This document shows positions 15,697 to 28,330 of a stretch of 64,000 bases of DNA, piece by piece. Position numbers and translations under genes: made by a program. The first letter of the stretch is position 1. Each line of letters opens with the position of its first letter. Below the pieces are notes generated by a model. The model worked only from the letters and a program-made list of their open reading frames with translations, was not told where the DNA came from and made no database searches. This DNA is from Octopus vulgaris. Taxonomy: Eukaryota. The DNA lies in contig OX597819.1 of NCBI GenBank assembly GCA_951406725.2, forward strand, positions 49,662,001-49,726,000, in the 5' to 3' direction.

Positions 15697-15733
<37 letters not shown>

Positions 15734-17070
15734 GACACACACACACACACACAAAGGAAGGTTAAAGAGTGTAGTGTGTAGATGTGATCAATCGGACACA
15801 CACTTAACATGTAGTCACTTGGTCAACAACGGTGAACAGTGTGTAATGTTTAACTATAATAGTTCAGTAATAAAAATAATAATAATAATGTGGAGAACGG
15901 GGTGAGGGGGGAGAGGAGGAAAAAAAAGAGGAAATGACAGAAGTGAACAGAACAAAATGAAATAAAATAAAAAAAAAAGATTTCATAAATAAAACGAAAA
16001 ACAAAATAGGTTAAGACAACAATAGCATTATAATTACAAATGGGTGAAAACTTAATTTATTAGCACTATCATTACTATCATCAAATTTACCCATCCATTT
16101 CACTTCCCGTCCTCGTAAGCCAATCGTAATTAATAGCACACATTAAAACAGTGGACAACAACAACAACTATAACCACAACAATATTTACTAACAATAACG
16201 ACAGCTTCAGCAGCAGCAGCAGTGTTGGCGGCGGGGACGGCGAAGAGTAATCAAATAATTGATAGCTATAGTATTATCATCAAAGTCGACAGGAAGCGTT
16301 CACCCTTCCACCCATGTTACAGCCATAAACTAGTATTAATTTGTCATGCTCTATTTGCTAGTTACTAGTAAGTAAGCGGTTCAGAAACTAATACACAATG
16401 TAATAAATGCCTGACTGACTCTCGAACACCCTCCAGCTATATATATATATACACATATATATATATACATACATATACACATATATATATACATACATAT
16501 ACATATATATATTAACTCATTCAATATCAGTTTTCTTTGTTTTAGTAGCTCTCTATCCACTTCAAGGTCTGTTAAACACAAACACCTTCAAATCCAACAT
16601 CGGCCAGAATTTACTCACACAAACATCTACTTATTTCCTATCTATCTATCAATCTATCTCACCTTGCTATGTTCTGGTCTAAGCTACTTAAAAGACAAAA
16701 TTTTAGTCGCCTATCAAACATTTTATTTCCTATTCTACTCGAGCACTTTTAGGGTTGGCTGCCACACACGAACACACAGTTCCTTGTTCTCTTAGACAAA
16801 CAAAAACTCGTTTTATAGCGGGCACGAAAATTCCCAGACAGTCCTCCAGGGAAAGCCTAGCTCCAAGGATATATTTGCGCTTTTGAGTGTGAAATTACAC
16901 ACACACAAAAGAATTAAACACGTACTTTGAAGGACTGAGTCGTACACACACGCATGTATTCATATATATACACAATATATATTTATTGCATTATGTACTT
17001 AAGACACACACACACAATATATATATATACTTAGATGACATGCATATATGAAAAAAAAAACCCCACTCAC

Positions 17071-17168
17071 TTGTGATACTGTGCTTGTAAAAAACTGAAC
17101 TCCTCTTTGATTCTGTCACATGATTCAGCAACTGTGAACTTGAACGGCTGCCCAGGTTGATGTGGATT
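17071..17168 (-). CDS. gro: Groucho/TLE coding exon 2 (Q domain: [32 protein letters not shown] + 2 nt)
   Basis: 98-nt exon with polypyrimidine/AG acceptor (17170-17169) and GTGAGT donor. Translation matches the TLE N-terminal tetramerisation (Q) domain. Too short for the ORF track; read by hand. Confidence 0.96.
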
Positions 17169-17499
17169 CTAAAAAGATAGGAAAATATTTACACACAACA
17201 CACTAAATACACTTGCACACACACACTTAAAGTTAAACAATAAAAAAAGGGGGGGTGATGATGGGTAGGTGAAAGAAACAATAGAATATGCAGAGATTAA
17301 TTAGTCAATGGAATGGCTAAGTGTAATCAACTATTTATTCGTCCTATGTGTATTTACAATTAACTTAGTCACCACACACACATTATCCGCTGTTAAGATT
17401 ATTTAAAACTTCGTATAAAGTGGGAAGAGAGAAATGGGGAAACTGTTCGAATATTATTTGTGGAGTTATAATAATAATTAATAACCCTCTTTCTAATGA

Positions 17500-17780
17500 T
17501 AGACACAAGGCTGAAATGTTGGGGCAGAGGACTAAGCCGGTTACATCGATCCCAGTGTTCAACTGGTACTTTATTTTATCGACCCCGAAAGGATTACAGG
17601 AAAAGTTGACCTCGGCGGAATTTCAACTAATAATAATAATAAGGCAAAAAGGCCAAGCAGTTTTTGAGGAAATGGAGTTGGTCGATAACATCGACTGTGT
17701 AGTGACTTGATTGGTACTTTATTTTAAAGACCCCGCGAGGAATAAACGGTAAAGTTGACCTCGATGGGATTCGATAATAA
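17500..17780 (-). mobile_element. SINE family A, two partial copies (gro intron 1)
   Basis: CGACCCCGAAAGGA..GTTGACCTCGGCGGAATT occurs twice in tandem, both truncated. Confidence 0.7.
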
Positions 17781-18379
17781 GTGATGATGATGATAGTGGT
17801 GTAGAAGAAACTTAATGATTAATTAAAATTTTTATTGTGTAATTACTACAAACAGAACTCCCCAACACAAAAGTTAAAAGACGTCGAAAACTACAGGAAG
17901 CTTTAAGAAAAAAATGTATGTATATCTTCGTCATATATCCATACACACACGCACGTGAACATGTGTAGACTTTAAGGATTATATGAGAGAAAGAAGGAGC
18001 GTGTGAGGACCTACTTTTCTGAATAATCTCCCAAGTTTCAGCATGTGGTCATCAACTTATTTTAAAAGATAGAGGGAAGCGAACGAGAAAGGGAGAGAGA
18101 GAGAGAGACAAGAGAAGAAGCATGTGGACTGAAAATGGATTTCCTGAAATGGGGCACGAGGCCTTCACCATAGCTCCATACATTGAGGGACACACACACA
18201 CAATGTAGTGCTCATTCACAGAGACGAACGGAAAATAAAGGGCACAACTTAACAGACAGTACAAATAGTTAGATCAATGTGTGCGTGTATATATATTAGT
18301 ACGCACACACATTTGTGATCGTTGTAAGGAGATTAGTAAATAGGAAACTTGGATTATATACACTTCTCTTCAGTTTTCT

Positions 18380-18414
<35 letters not shown>

Positions 18415-18864
18415 TCACATGGAGTTCTAAACACTCGTTATATCATGCAATTTAAATCGTACAATATATCTATCTATACCTATCCATATATCCGTAAATC
18501 ATGGTTGTAGGTTTATGTATTTAAAAAAAAAAGGGAGAAATTTTAGGAGAGGAAAGTTATTTTTACACAAACTTGAGAAATATATATATATAAAAATTAC
18601 CAGGGGGGAAACAAACTCGATAATATTATGTGAAATTAGGTTTTGAACAAACCAAAAACCCGGCAATTAAATTAATTAGTGTATTAAGTATAACAGTTAA
18701 AGTTGTATATACACTGGACTTTGTTATCAGTCTAATGTTTGTATACACACTCACACACACACACATTTAGATATATATGTGTATATTAAATGAAATAAAG
18801 GTTCACAATCACACGACATGGTAAAACAAAATAAGACACAATTACAAAAAAAATGAACACTTAC

Positions 18865-18885
18865 AGGATGCCGGTTTGGATACAT
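18865..18885 (-). CDS. gro: Groucho/TLE co-repressor, coding exon 1 (MYPNRHP)
   Basis: Reverse complement reads ATG TAT CCA AAC CGG CAT CCT followed by donor GTAAGT (18864-18859). Matches the conserved MYP..RHP N-terminus of Groucho/TLE and splices in phase 0 to the next exon. Confidence 0.9.
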
Positions 18886-19098
18886 ATTGGTAAATATTTA
18901 GTCAATATACCACATACAATCCGTTTTTGTGGGAATACGTAAATGATTATTTCAACAAAAATTTTTTTTTTATGTCGGCCCAGTTAAATTCCTTCTGGGT
19001 CGTCGTTCGAACGAGTCTCCTTCCTCTCCTCTCCCGCGGTTTCACAGCTCGTCCAAGGTACGCCAGCCCATCCTAACGAGCTTCTTGTTATCGAGAAC

Positions 19099-19131
<33 letters not shown>

Positions 19132-19954
19132 ATATATATATATATATATATGAGCTTTGAATAAATATATATCCTTTTCTTTTTAGAATTTCTTTATCCG
19201 GTTGAATTCTTTAATATATATGTATTGTAAAAAGGTGTAACTTCTTTTTTTTTTAAATATCCGGAACTTTCGAATTTAAGAAGAAAAAAAAAGTAAAAAA
19301 GTAAAAAATATAATAAAAAAAATAAATAAAAAGCACAGAGATCAGGACACGCACGAAATAAAAGGTAAACTCCAGAGGGCTTAAATATTAGATAAATATA
19401 TACGATACATACATATATATTTATCTTATATATATAGCAGCGATTGCTGTATAAACGAACTGAAAAGTCTGTGTAAAATGCATTTCCGAAATTTATGGTG
19501 TGGATTGAAAAAAAAAAAAAACGATTTATAAGGTTGTTGAAAAAAAAAAGAAAGAAAAAGGAAAGAAAAATATGAAAATAATTGATGTTGTAATCGTCGT
19601 TGGAAGGAAATATATTTATATATATACAAATATATGTAATTAATTACACTTCCTTTTTTTTTTGAGACTATAAAGCTATTATATGATGTAAATACATAAC
19701 CATATAAATTAATATATATATGTATGTATATGTGTGTAAGTAGGTAGATGTGTTTGTGTGTGTGTATATATATATATATATATTACATAATTTTTTTTGG
19801 TAAAAAATATATAATTTGTAAACTTTTTTTTTAGTGGTGGTGGTCTTCTTTCCTCTCAAATCTTTTGTTTTTTCCGAGTAAAATCCGATTTTCGCAGTGA
19901 AACGAGTGAGTGAGAGAGAAAAAAGTATCGCCAATTTCCACACTAGCGGAGTTG

Positions 19955-20340
19955 GTTAAACTGTAGCACGCAGTTAAGGTGCCACACACAGTATAATATT
20001 CAACACGCGGTATTAGTTCTGAGTAACAATATACTTCCCATATATGGGAAACAACTGATTGGCCCTATCAACAAACACTGCAATCGACTGAAGAGGGCAC
20101 CCCTCCCCACGTGGCCTCATTAAGTATGCACAGGTACTTAACCTCTTGACCAGTCAGATCGCAGCCGCTCTCAGACAGTGTGCATACATTAGCGCTCCAC
20201 GTGAAAGAATTGCCTGTCAATCATGGCTAACGGGCGAAATGACGAACCGACGGACGCGCCTACTCGTTACGACTGACGAAGGAAGGGAGGAAAGGCGGAA
20301 ACGACGGAAATAGAAAGGCAATGTGAAGACTTGTGGGAAG
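19955..20340 (-). promoter_or_regulatory. Putative proximal promoter of gro/TLE
   Basis: Non-repetitive island ~1.1 kb upstream of the ATG. Contains an Inr-like CAGTT (~19962), TATA-like TATTATA (19998-19992), CACGCG (20004-20009), palindrome TTCCCATATATGGGAA (20035-20050), CCAAT (20058-20062), CACGTG (20108-20113, 20198-20203) and TGTGGGAA (20332-20339). The TSS is inferred only. Confidence 0.45.
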
Positions 20341-22280
20341 GGAGTGAAAGTAGATAGATGCATAGATATTGTGAGAGGTAGGGAGACAAAGCAAGCAGAA
20401 ACACGCCTCCTCCCATTCGCCACAGTAAAAGAAGAGAAGAGCCTAGTAATGATATTGTAAAGGAGGTGGAGAGAGGAAGAGAGGGAAGAAATGAGAGAGA
20501 GAAAGGAAGGGAAGGAGAAGAGAGGGAAGTAGGTTTTCTTTCTTTTGCACCGCTTTGGCTATTACAGTGCTACCGTACTTAGGAAACTGTTACAGCGACA
20601 TACACAAACATTGACATATACATATATATACATACACACAAGTAGTGAGAGAATGAGAGAGGAAGGGAGGCAATATATGGCGAGAGAGAAAGGAAGGGAG
20701 GTGATATAGCGTGAGAGCGAGAGAGAGAGACAAAGAAAAATACAAACAGAACCGAGGGAGAGAGAGAGAAGTTAATAGATAGGTAGATAGTGTAGAGGGA
20801 GGTAGTGACGCTAACTCATTTCCGTGCCTACATACATATGTACACATACACATGTAAATAGAAAGATATAGAAAAAGACACACACACACACACATACATA
20901 TATATCCACTCACATAGACACGTATATGTACACATACATATAAATAGATAGACGAACGATCACATACTTTCACAGATTTAATACGAAGCTGTCTATGGCA
21001 GATTGGCTGGGAATGGTCTCTTATGTGTATTGACACACACATACACACACACACACACACACGTACATATACAATTACACAAGCATATACATACGAGTGA
21101 GTGCTTCAGCGATTATATGTGTGTGTGTGTATATGTTTACTATACATATACACTTAATGCACACAACCATACATCTTTCTATTTCTCGCTCTCTCTCAAT
21201 ACACACACACATATATATACCCACGTTATCTCTCTCTATTATACACATATCGCTATATATATATATATACTGTTCTCTCATACATGTTATACAGCCAAGC
21301 GTATTTCCTTTAACGCTGAAATTATTTAATTATACAAAAGGTGAAGAATGGAGACAGGGAGTGTGTATGTGTGTGTGTGTATATATATACACACACACAC
21401 ATGCATACACACAATTGCACACACACATATACACACACACTCACATAATGAAAAAAATAAAGATAGAATTTTTCGAAAAAATGTATATATAAATGAATAT
21501 GTAAATAAATATAAACAAATAGAAATAAAATAAAACGGTTGAAGACTTTTAAAGAAGAAAAATGCCAAAAAAATACAACCACAAAAAGAGAAATCTAAAT
21601 AAAAATGGGAAAAAATATATATATATCGGAAAGAGGGGGGGAGGGACAACAGAAGAATAAAAAAACAAAAATGTATTTTATTTCATTTAAATTATAATCT
21701 ATGTACACATATGACTATGTATATGTGTGTGTGTATACGTGTGTGTGTAATGGCTTTCTTATTCTCCGATTGCTATGAAGCTTGTTGTTATTGTATGTAT
21801 TTTTAAGAGAGTGAGAGGAAATATATAGACACAAGAGTGGGGCCACCTACTTTACTTGCATGTAAAACAACACAATTGCCTGTATGTATACGTGTGCGTG
21901 TGCGTTTGTGTATGTGTGTGCGTGCGTGCGCGCTCGTTCGTCGTCGTGCGGGTGTGCACAAACGCGCGTGCGTTCACAGATGTGCGTGTGTGCACATACA
22001 CATATACGCTTATATATATATATATATTTAATTGAGCACACTCACAGTGTGTGTATTTATATATATACACACTGTATTATATATATATATACATACTACA
22101 TATATATATATATATCGCTGTATTAGACAAATAGACAACAGAATTTGCTAAGGCGGGTCTTTTCTCTACTCTTCAAACACGATCCAAAAAATGCTACTCC
22201 GAGAAACAAGAATTGTCCTCCAAAAAAATAAATAAATTATGGGCCCCCCCTACCCCACCCTGAACGTCACCATCCCTTAA

Positions 22281-22341
<61 letters not shown>

Positions 22342-22439
22342 TATATACATACACACATCTATATGCATATGTACGTTCTCGTCGCTGTTAGCTTTTCACT
22401 ACAACCTTAAAAATCTGTTCATTTCTGTTTCCATCAAGA

Positions 22440-22482
<43 letters not shown>

Positions 22483-23154
22483 CACCTTTATGTGTACATG
22501 ATTATGTGTGTGTGTTTAAATAAATCTACATAGATATGCATTTATATGTGTATATGTTCTCCATCTTATTCACACACACACACACACAATCATTCGCTGC
22601 TCCTCAATCTTTTAGACACACACATACACACATATATATATATATAAACATTATATATATATATATATATGTGTGTGTGTTCACGCATACACACGTACAT
22701 ACGCACACACATAGTCCGGCTTCAAAAAGGTAATTAAAGTTCTTATATTTTCCAGAGGCATCCATACTTCAGTGTCAAATTTCTACGGCATCTCGAGATG
22801 TTGTGAGGGAAGGGCAATGCTCTCTTTACTCTATCTAACACTCTCTCCGTATCTTACATTGCCCTCTCTAACAGTCTCTCTCTCTCTCACTAGCTAGACT
22901 CTCTGTCTTTCACTATCTTTCTCTCTCTCTAGCTATTAAGTATCTGTCTGTCACTCTCGCACTCTTTCTCTCTGTTAAGACAGCACTGGCAACTATTTAC
23001 AGCTTTTCAAATGGAGCATGTTTACTCTTTCCATTTCCCCCTCAATCTCTCTCTTTATCCCTCTGTCTATCAATCGCTTTCCATATCTCTTTACACTTCT
23101 TACTCTTTCCCTCTCTCTCTAGTACTAGCCGCCTGTGAAGTGAATTCCTCATCG

Positions 23155-23262
23155 CTCATTGGTCGGCGTTGTAGCTGTCAATCAAAAGCACGTGCTTTTT
23201 CGAACACTGACAAGGAGCGAAGTAGGCAGAGCAAAAGCCACCAATGATGAGTGGGCGGAGTT
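23155..23262. promoter_or_regulatory. Second promoter/enhancer-like motif cluster
   Basis: Two opposed CCAAT boxes (23158-23162, 23241-23245), 16-bp palindrome AAAAGCACGTGCTTTT (23184-23199) and GC box GGGCGGAG (23253-23260) within ~105 bp of unique sequence. Confidence 0.4.
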
Positions 23263-23946
23263 TTTCGGCTTCCTTTTGCTTTTCGTCTTCGGCTCATAAC
23301 TACAACTGTTTAAACATCATCGTCGTCGTCTCCACCACTACCTCCTCCACCTCCCTTACTACATAATCTACCACAGCTTTTAATGTGTACACACACATAT
23401 ATACGTATATATACATATATATATATATATACATACATATATATATATAAACATACTCACATGCATATGTGTGTGTGTGTACATGTATATACATAAGATA
23501 TATATATATATATCAACGTGTGATACACACATGTGTGTGACATTAAATACGTATACATAAACTGTGTACATATATATATATATGTATACATAACATGTAC
23601 GTATATGTCTGTGTGTACATATATATATATATGTGTGTGTGTGTATATGTATGTATATGTGTGTGTATGTTTCGTTTCGCCTTGCTTGTTCAACGATTTT
23701 ATTTGCAATCTCTCCCCCGCCTCTCCCCTCGACATCCTCATTCTCTCACCCTCCCTCCCTCCTCGCTCGCTCGCTATTTACCTCCCTCCCTTCCTCCGTA
23801 TCGGGCACTACTACCACCACCGTCGCCGTCCTCATCTCATAACTTCCTCTTCTTCCCTCTCACCTCATCATTCTCCGTCTGTATGCGAGCATGACTGAGT
23901 GCGTCTGTTTCTGTAGACTTTAGCGGCTACACACATGCGTAAATAC

Positions 23947-23991
<45 letters not shown>

Positions 23992-24240
23992 CAGACAAAT
24001 ACATATATATATAGATACATACATACAGAGAGAGAGAGAGAGAGAGAGATATGTATACACACATATGTATAAACATTTATTTATACGTAGATATGTATAC
24101 ATAAAGTAACCGACACACGCACACACATATCTAAGTGTTATATACACATACATACACAGACGTTATTTACATATACATATGTATACATATAGTAACATAC
24201 ACAAATACACACAAGTACATATAGTAAATGCATTTTACAG

Positions 24241-24273
<33 letters not shown>

Positions 24274-25465
24274 CATATACACATATACACACACGCACAG
24301 CTATGCTATCACATTAATACGTGTGTGTACCAGTTTATTAGCTTTGATGCGTGTGTGTCTATTATATGCCGCTCTGTGTCTGTGTGTTCGTCTGTATAGC
24401 TATCAGGCCTGGTGTGTATGTATGCTTGTACGTTAATGAGTGTGTGCATGTGTAACCACAACTGTGTGTGTGTGTGTGTGTGTGTATGTAAAGTGGCTGC
24501 TCGTGAGAATTTGCACGTTACTGTTTTTAACCCCAGGTCAAGCCTTGATTTGACAGGCTTTAGAATCAAAGGCGTACCAACCACGACAATCCAGCCTGTT
24601 CATATAAAACATATCTTACGTCTACTTGTTCGATTATGACTTTCTAAAAAAGATATTTAAGTGTGATTTGAGGGAATTAAATTCAGTGACTAAGGATAAA
24701 AAGTCCCCGCCGTTTGTAAGTGCGTGTGTGTGTGTGTGTGTGTTTGTGTGCGTGCGCGTGGTTGTGCGTGTGTGTAATACTCCGTTATTGTAGTTTCTCT
24801 GCAAATCAACCCTATTAGAGCAGATCTTTGCTCAAAGACACTCCAGCTGTGACCATCTGGTGGTTTTGTTTGTTTTGTTGTTGTTTTCTTGTTATGTTTT
24901 TGCAGGCATTTTGTATCTAAGTATTATTATCCAATAGTGTTGTATGTGTGTGTGATAATGTGTGCGTTTGTATTGCTATGGATATGTATATGTGACGCTG
25001 TGGCTTTTCTCTGTGCGAATATAGTAAGTATTGGAACTGTGCGTGTGTGCGGCGCTGTGGGACAGACACTCTTCTCTATCTAGCTAGCTCTAATTAAGCT
25101 AGGCTCTGTCTGTCTCTCTGTATGCATGTATCTGTGTTTTGTCTGTAGGTATGTATCTATATCTATCCATATCTATCTATATTTCTATGTATGTATCCCT
25201 CTCTCTCATGCTGTGGTTTCATTGTATGCGACGCTGTGTGTACTTGTATCGCTGTTGTTCGGCATACGAGTCTGTGTCAATATATACACATGTATCTCGC
25301 TGTTGTTGTTTGTATGAGTGCATGTATGTGTGACGCTATACCTTTCAGTGGAACACTGTGGGACTTGCAAACGTTGTGGTTCCCTATTATAGCGCTGTCA
25401 CTCTGCGCGCGCGCGCGTGTGTGTGTGTGGTGCCAGTTGTTGTCTAGCCTCTAGTCAGTCAATCG

Positions 25466-25501
<36 letters not shown>

Positions 25502-25832
25502 ATTAAAGGCAATCTATCCACGGCCATCTCGTCTTGTATATCAGAGACTACAGTGTCCAACGTATTCCTTTTCAAAAGACAATAATGGTCATTTGCGGGA
25601 ATTTGGGCTGCTACTTCTTGTAGGTCGAGCAATCGTGTAAAAGCTCTCTCACTGGCTCATTGTGTGTGTGCGTGTGATTATAGCACTGTGAAGTGAGTAT
25701 GTATGATCATAATAATTATGTGTGATTGATTATAACACTGGTTGTATATGACTATAGTCTTCAATGTGCGTATATTAATGATTTGTGTGTGTGTGATTAT
25801 GGTACTGAGTGTGTGTATTGACTATAAGTACC

Positions 25833-26212
25833 TATTTCTTTATTACCCACAAGGGGCTAAACACAGAGGGGACAAACAAGGACAGACATAGGTATTAAGT
25901 CGATTACATCGACCCCAGTGCGAAACTGGTACTTTAATTTATCGACCCCGAAAGGATGAAAGGCAAAGTCGACCTCGGCGGAATTTGAACTCAGAACGTA
26001 ATGGCAGACGAAATACCTATTACTTTATTACCTACAAGGGGCTAAACACAGAGAGGACAAACAGGGACAGACATAGGTATTAAGTCGATTACATCGACCC
26101 CAGTGCGTAACTGGTACTTAATTTATCGACCCCGAAAGGATGAAAGGCAAAGTCGACCTCGGCGGAATTTGAACTCACGAAGTAACGGCAGACGAAATAC
26201 CGCTAAGCATTT
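25833..26212 (-). mobile_element. SINE family A, head-to-tail dimer inside one 15-bp TSD
   Basis: Two ~185-bp units containing GAGTTCAAATTCCGCCGAGGTCGACTTTGCCTTTCATCCTTTCGGGGTCG. TTGACTATAAGTACC flanks the pair at 25818-25832 and 26213-26227. Confidence 0.85.
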
Positions 26213-26350
26213 TTGACTATAAGTACCATCGTTGCGTATGTGTCTGTAGATAATGTATGAGGTCGTTGTACTGTATGCGTGTGTGAGATTGTGGTACTGC
26301 GCTGCTGTATGTCCGCTTGTATATGTGACTGTGCGAAGTGCATGTGTTTT

Positions 26351-26390
<40 letters not shown>

Positions 26391-26517
26391 GGTTGTTATA
26401 CTGTGTGTGGGTGTGCGGTAGGTCAGTTACTATATGTGTGTAGGTCTATCACTGTGGGTGTATGTATGTATATATATGTATGTATGTGGGTGGGTATGTG
26501 TATATATATATATATAG

Positions 26518-26890
26518 GTGCAGGTGTGGCTGTGTGGTAAGTAGCTTGCTTACCAACCACATGGTTCCGGGTTCAGTCCCACTGCGTGGCACCTTGGGCA
26601 AATGTCTTGTACTATAGCCTCGGGCCGACCAAAGCCTTGTAAGTGGATTTGGTTGACGGAAACTGAAAGAAGCCCATCGTATATATGTATGTATATATGT
26701 GTGCGTGTGTGTGTGTTTGTCCCCATCCCCAACATCGATGCTGGTATGTTTACGTCCCCGTAACTTTTGCGGTTCGGCAAAAGAGACCGATAGGCTTACA
26801 AAGAACAAGTCCTGGGCTCGATTTGCTCGACTAAAGGCGGTACTCCAGCGTGGCCGCAGTCAAATGACTGAAACAAGTAAAAGAGTGAAA
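26518..26890 (+). mobile_element. SINE family B (tRNA head, CORE-like CCTTGGGCAAGTG segment, internal TA/TG microsatellite)
   Basis: A box TGGCTGTGTGGT, B box GGGTTCAGTCCC, tail CAGTCAAATGACTGAAACAAGTAAAAG. Confidence 0.85.
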
Positions 26891-26891
26891 A

Positions 26892-26927
<36 letters not shown>

Positions 26928-27949
26928 CTATGTAAGAGCATCTTACTGTACACGTATGTATGCGTGTGAGAGAGAAAGAGAGAGAGGAGACAGACAGACA
27001 GACGGAACTTGTGTCACAACTATTCTCCCTACCCGTCAGTCAAGTTCAGATAACATGTATATGATCGTGTGTGAGTGTGTATATACATGTGCACATCATT
27101 TACTACGTGTGTATGTATATCAGTTACTGTGCCTGTGTGTGCATTAGTCACACAGTAAGTGTGAGCACGCCCGTTACTAAATGCATGTACATCTGAGTTC
27201 ATCCGTGTTTTAGACTAAATGCATCTATAAGTATTAATCTGATTCTGTGACTGTATGTGTGTGCGTGTGTGTAACTGTGTATATGTAGCTGTCACTGTGT
27301 ATACGTGACAAGTTTGTATGTAATTGCTAGTGTTCTTGTGACATGTCTACGTAGCTGTGTGTGTGTTTCCATGTAACTCGATTATTGTCACACACCGTAT
27401 CTATGGAACTGTTACTGTACGTGCGTGTGAGTGAGAGAGATGTACCTCTGTCTGTGTCTGTGTGATAGTGAGTGGGTTTATGTAACTGTGTGCGTGTGAC
27501 TGTTTGATTGGTTTATTAAGAGGCCGTGCATCTGTGAGAGTATGTGTATGAGAAAGTAACAAAGAGAGGTGAGTGAAAGAGGGGGTGCTTGTGTCAGAGA
27601 GAGAGAGAGAGAAGTGTAAGAGACGGGTTGTGAGACTATGTAAGTATCTTTTGCTGTGTCACTACATAAAACTGTCACACCATGCAATAGTATCACAGAA
27701 TGAAGCTATGTTACACAATACAATCGTTGTGATAGACAACGTGCAACTGTGTTACACGTACTCACTCATAGTGACAAACTCATACACACGTCATGACAAC
27801 CGTGTCTATAATATGCTGCCAGTTGTGTCACACTATACAGTCGTTGTCACAGCACGTAGTTCTCTGTCACACTAAACAAACACGTCGCGACATGCAACTG
27901 TGCCACTATACAATCACGTTACAACATGCATCGGTATCACAGCATACAA

Positions 27950-28330
27950 CAACCATGTCACAGTATGAAGCTGTGTCACACAATACAACCGTTGTCACAC
28001 CAGACAACTATGTCACACGTACACCCAGTGACAGACGTACTTATACATATGCAGTGACAACCATTGTCACAACATACAGTTGTGTTACATTATATAAAGT
28101 ATGTCGCAGTATGCGAGCTGTGTCACTATACAACCATGTCACAGTATGAAGCTGTGTCACACAATACAACCGTTGTCACACCAGGCAACTATGTCACACT
28201 TACACCCAATGACAGACGTACTTATACATATGCGGTGACAACCACCATTGTCACAACATACAGCTGTGTTACGTTATATAAACTATGTCGCAGTATGCGA
28301 GCTGTGTCACTCTATACAACCATGTCACAG
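27950..28330. repeat. ~181-186 bp tandem duplication within a TGTCAC-rich degenerate satellite
   Basis: AACCATGTCA recurs at 27951, 28132 and 28318 with colinear sequence between. Confidence 0.85.

Noticed and set aside
20270-20305. CTGACGA...GAAAC as a further hammerhead
   Set aside because: The intervening sequence is all purine and cannot form stem II, and there is no GUH or stem I.
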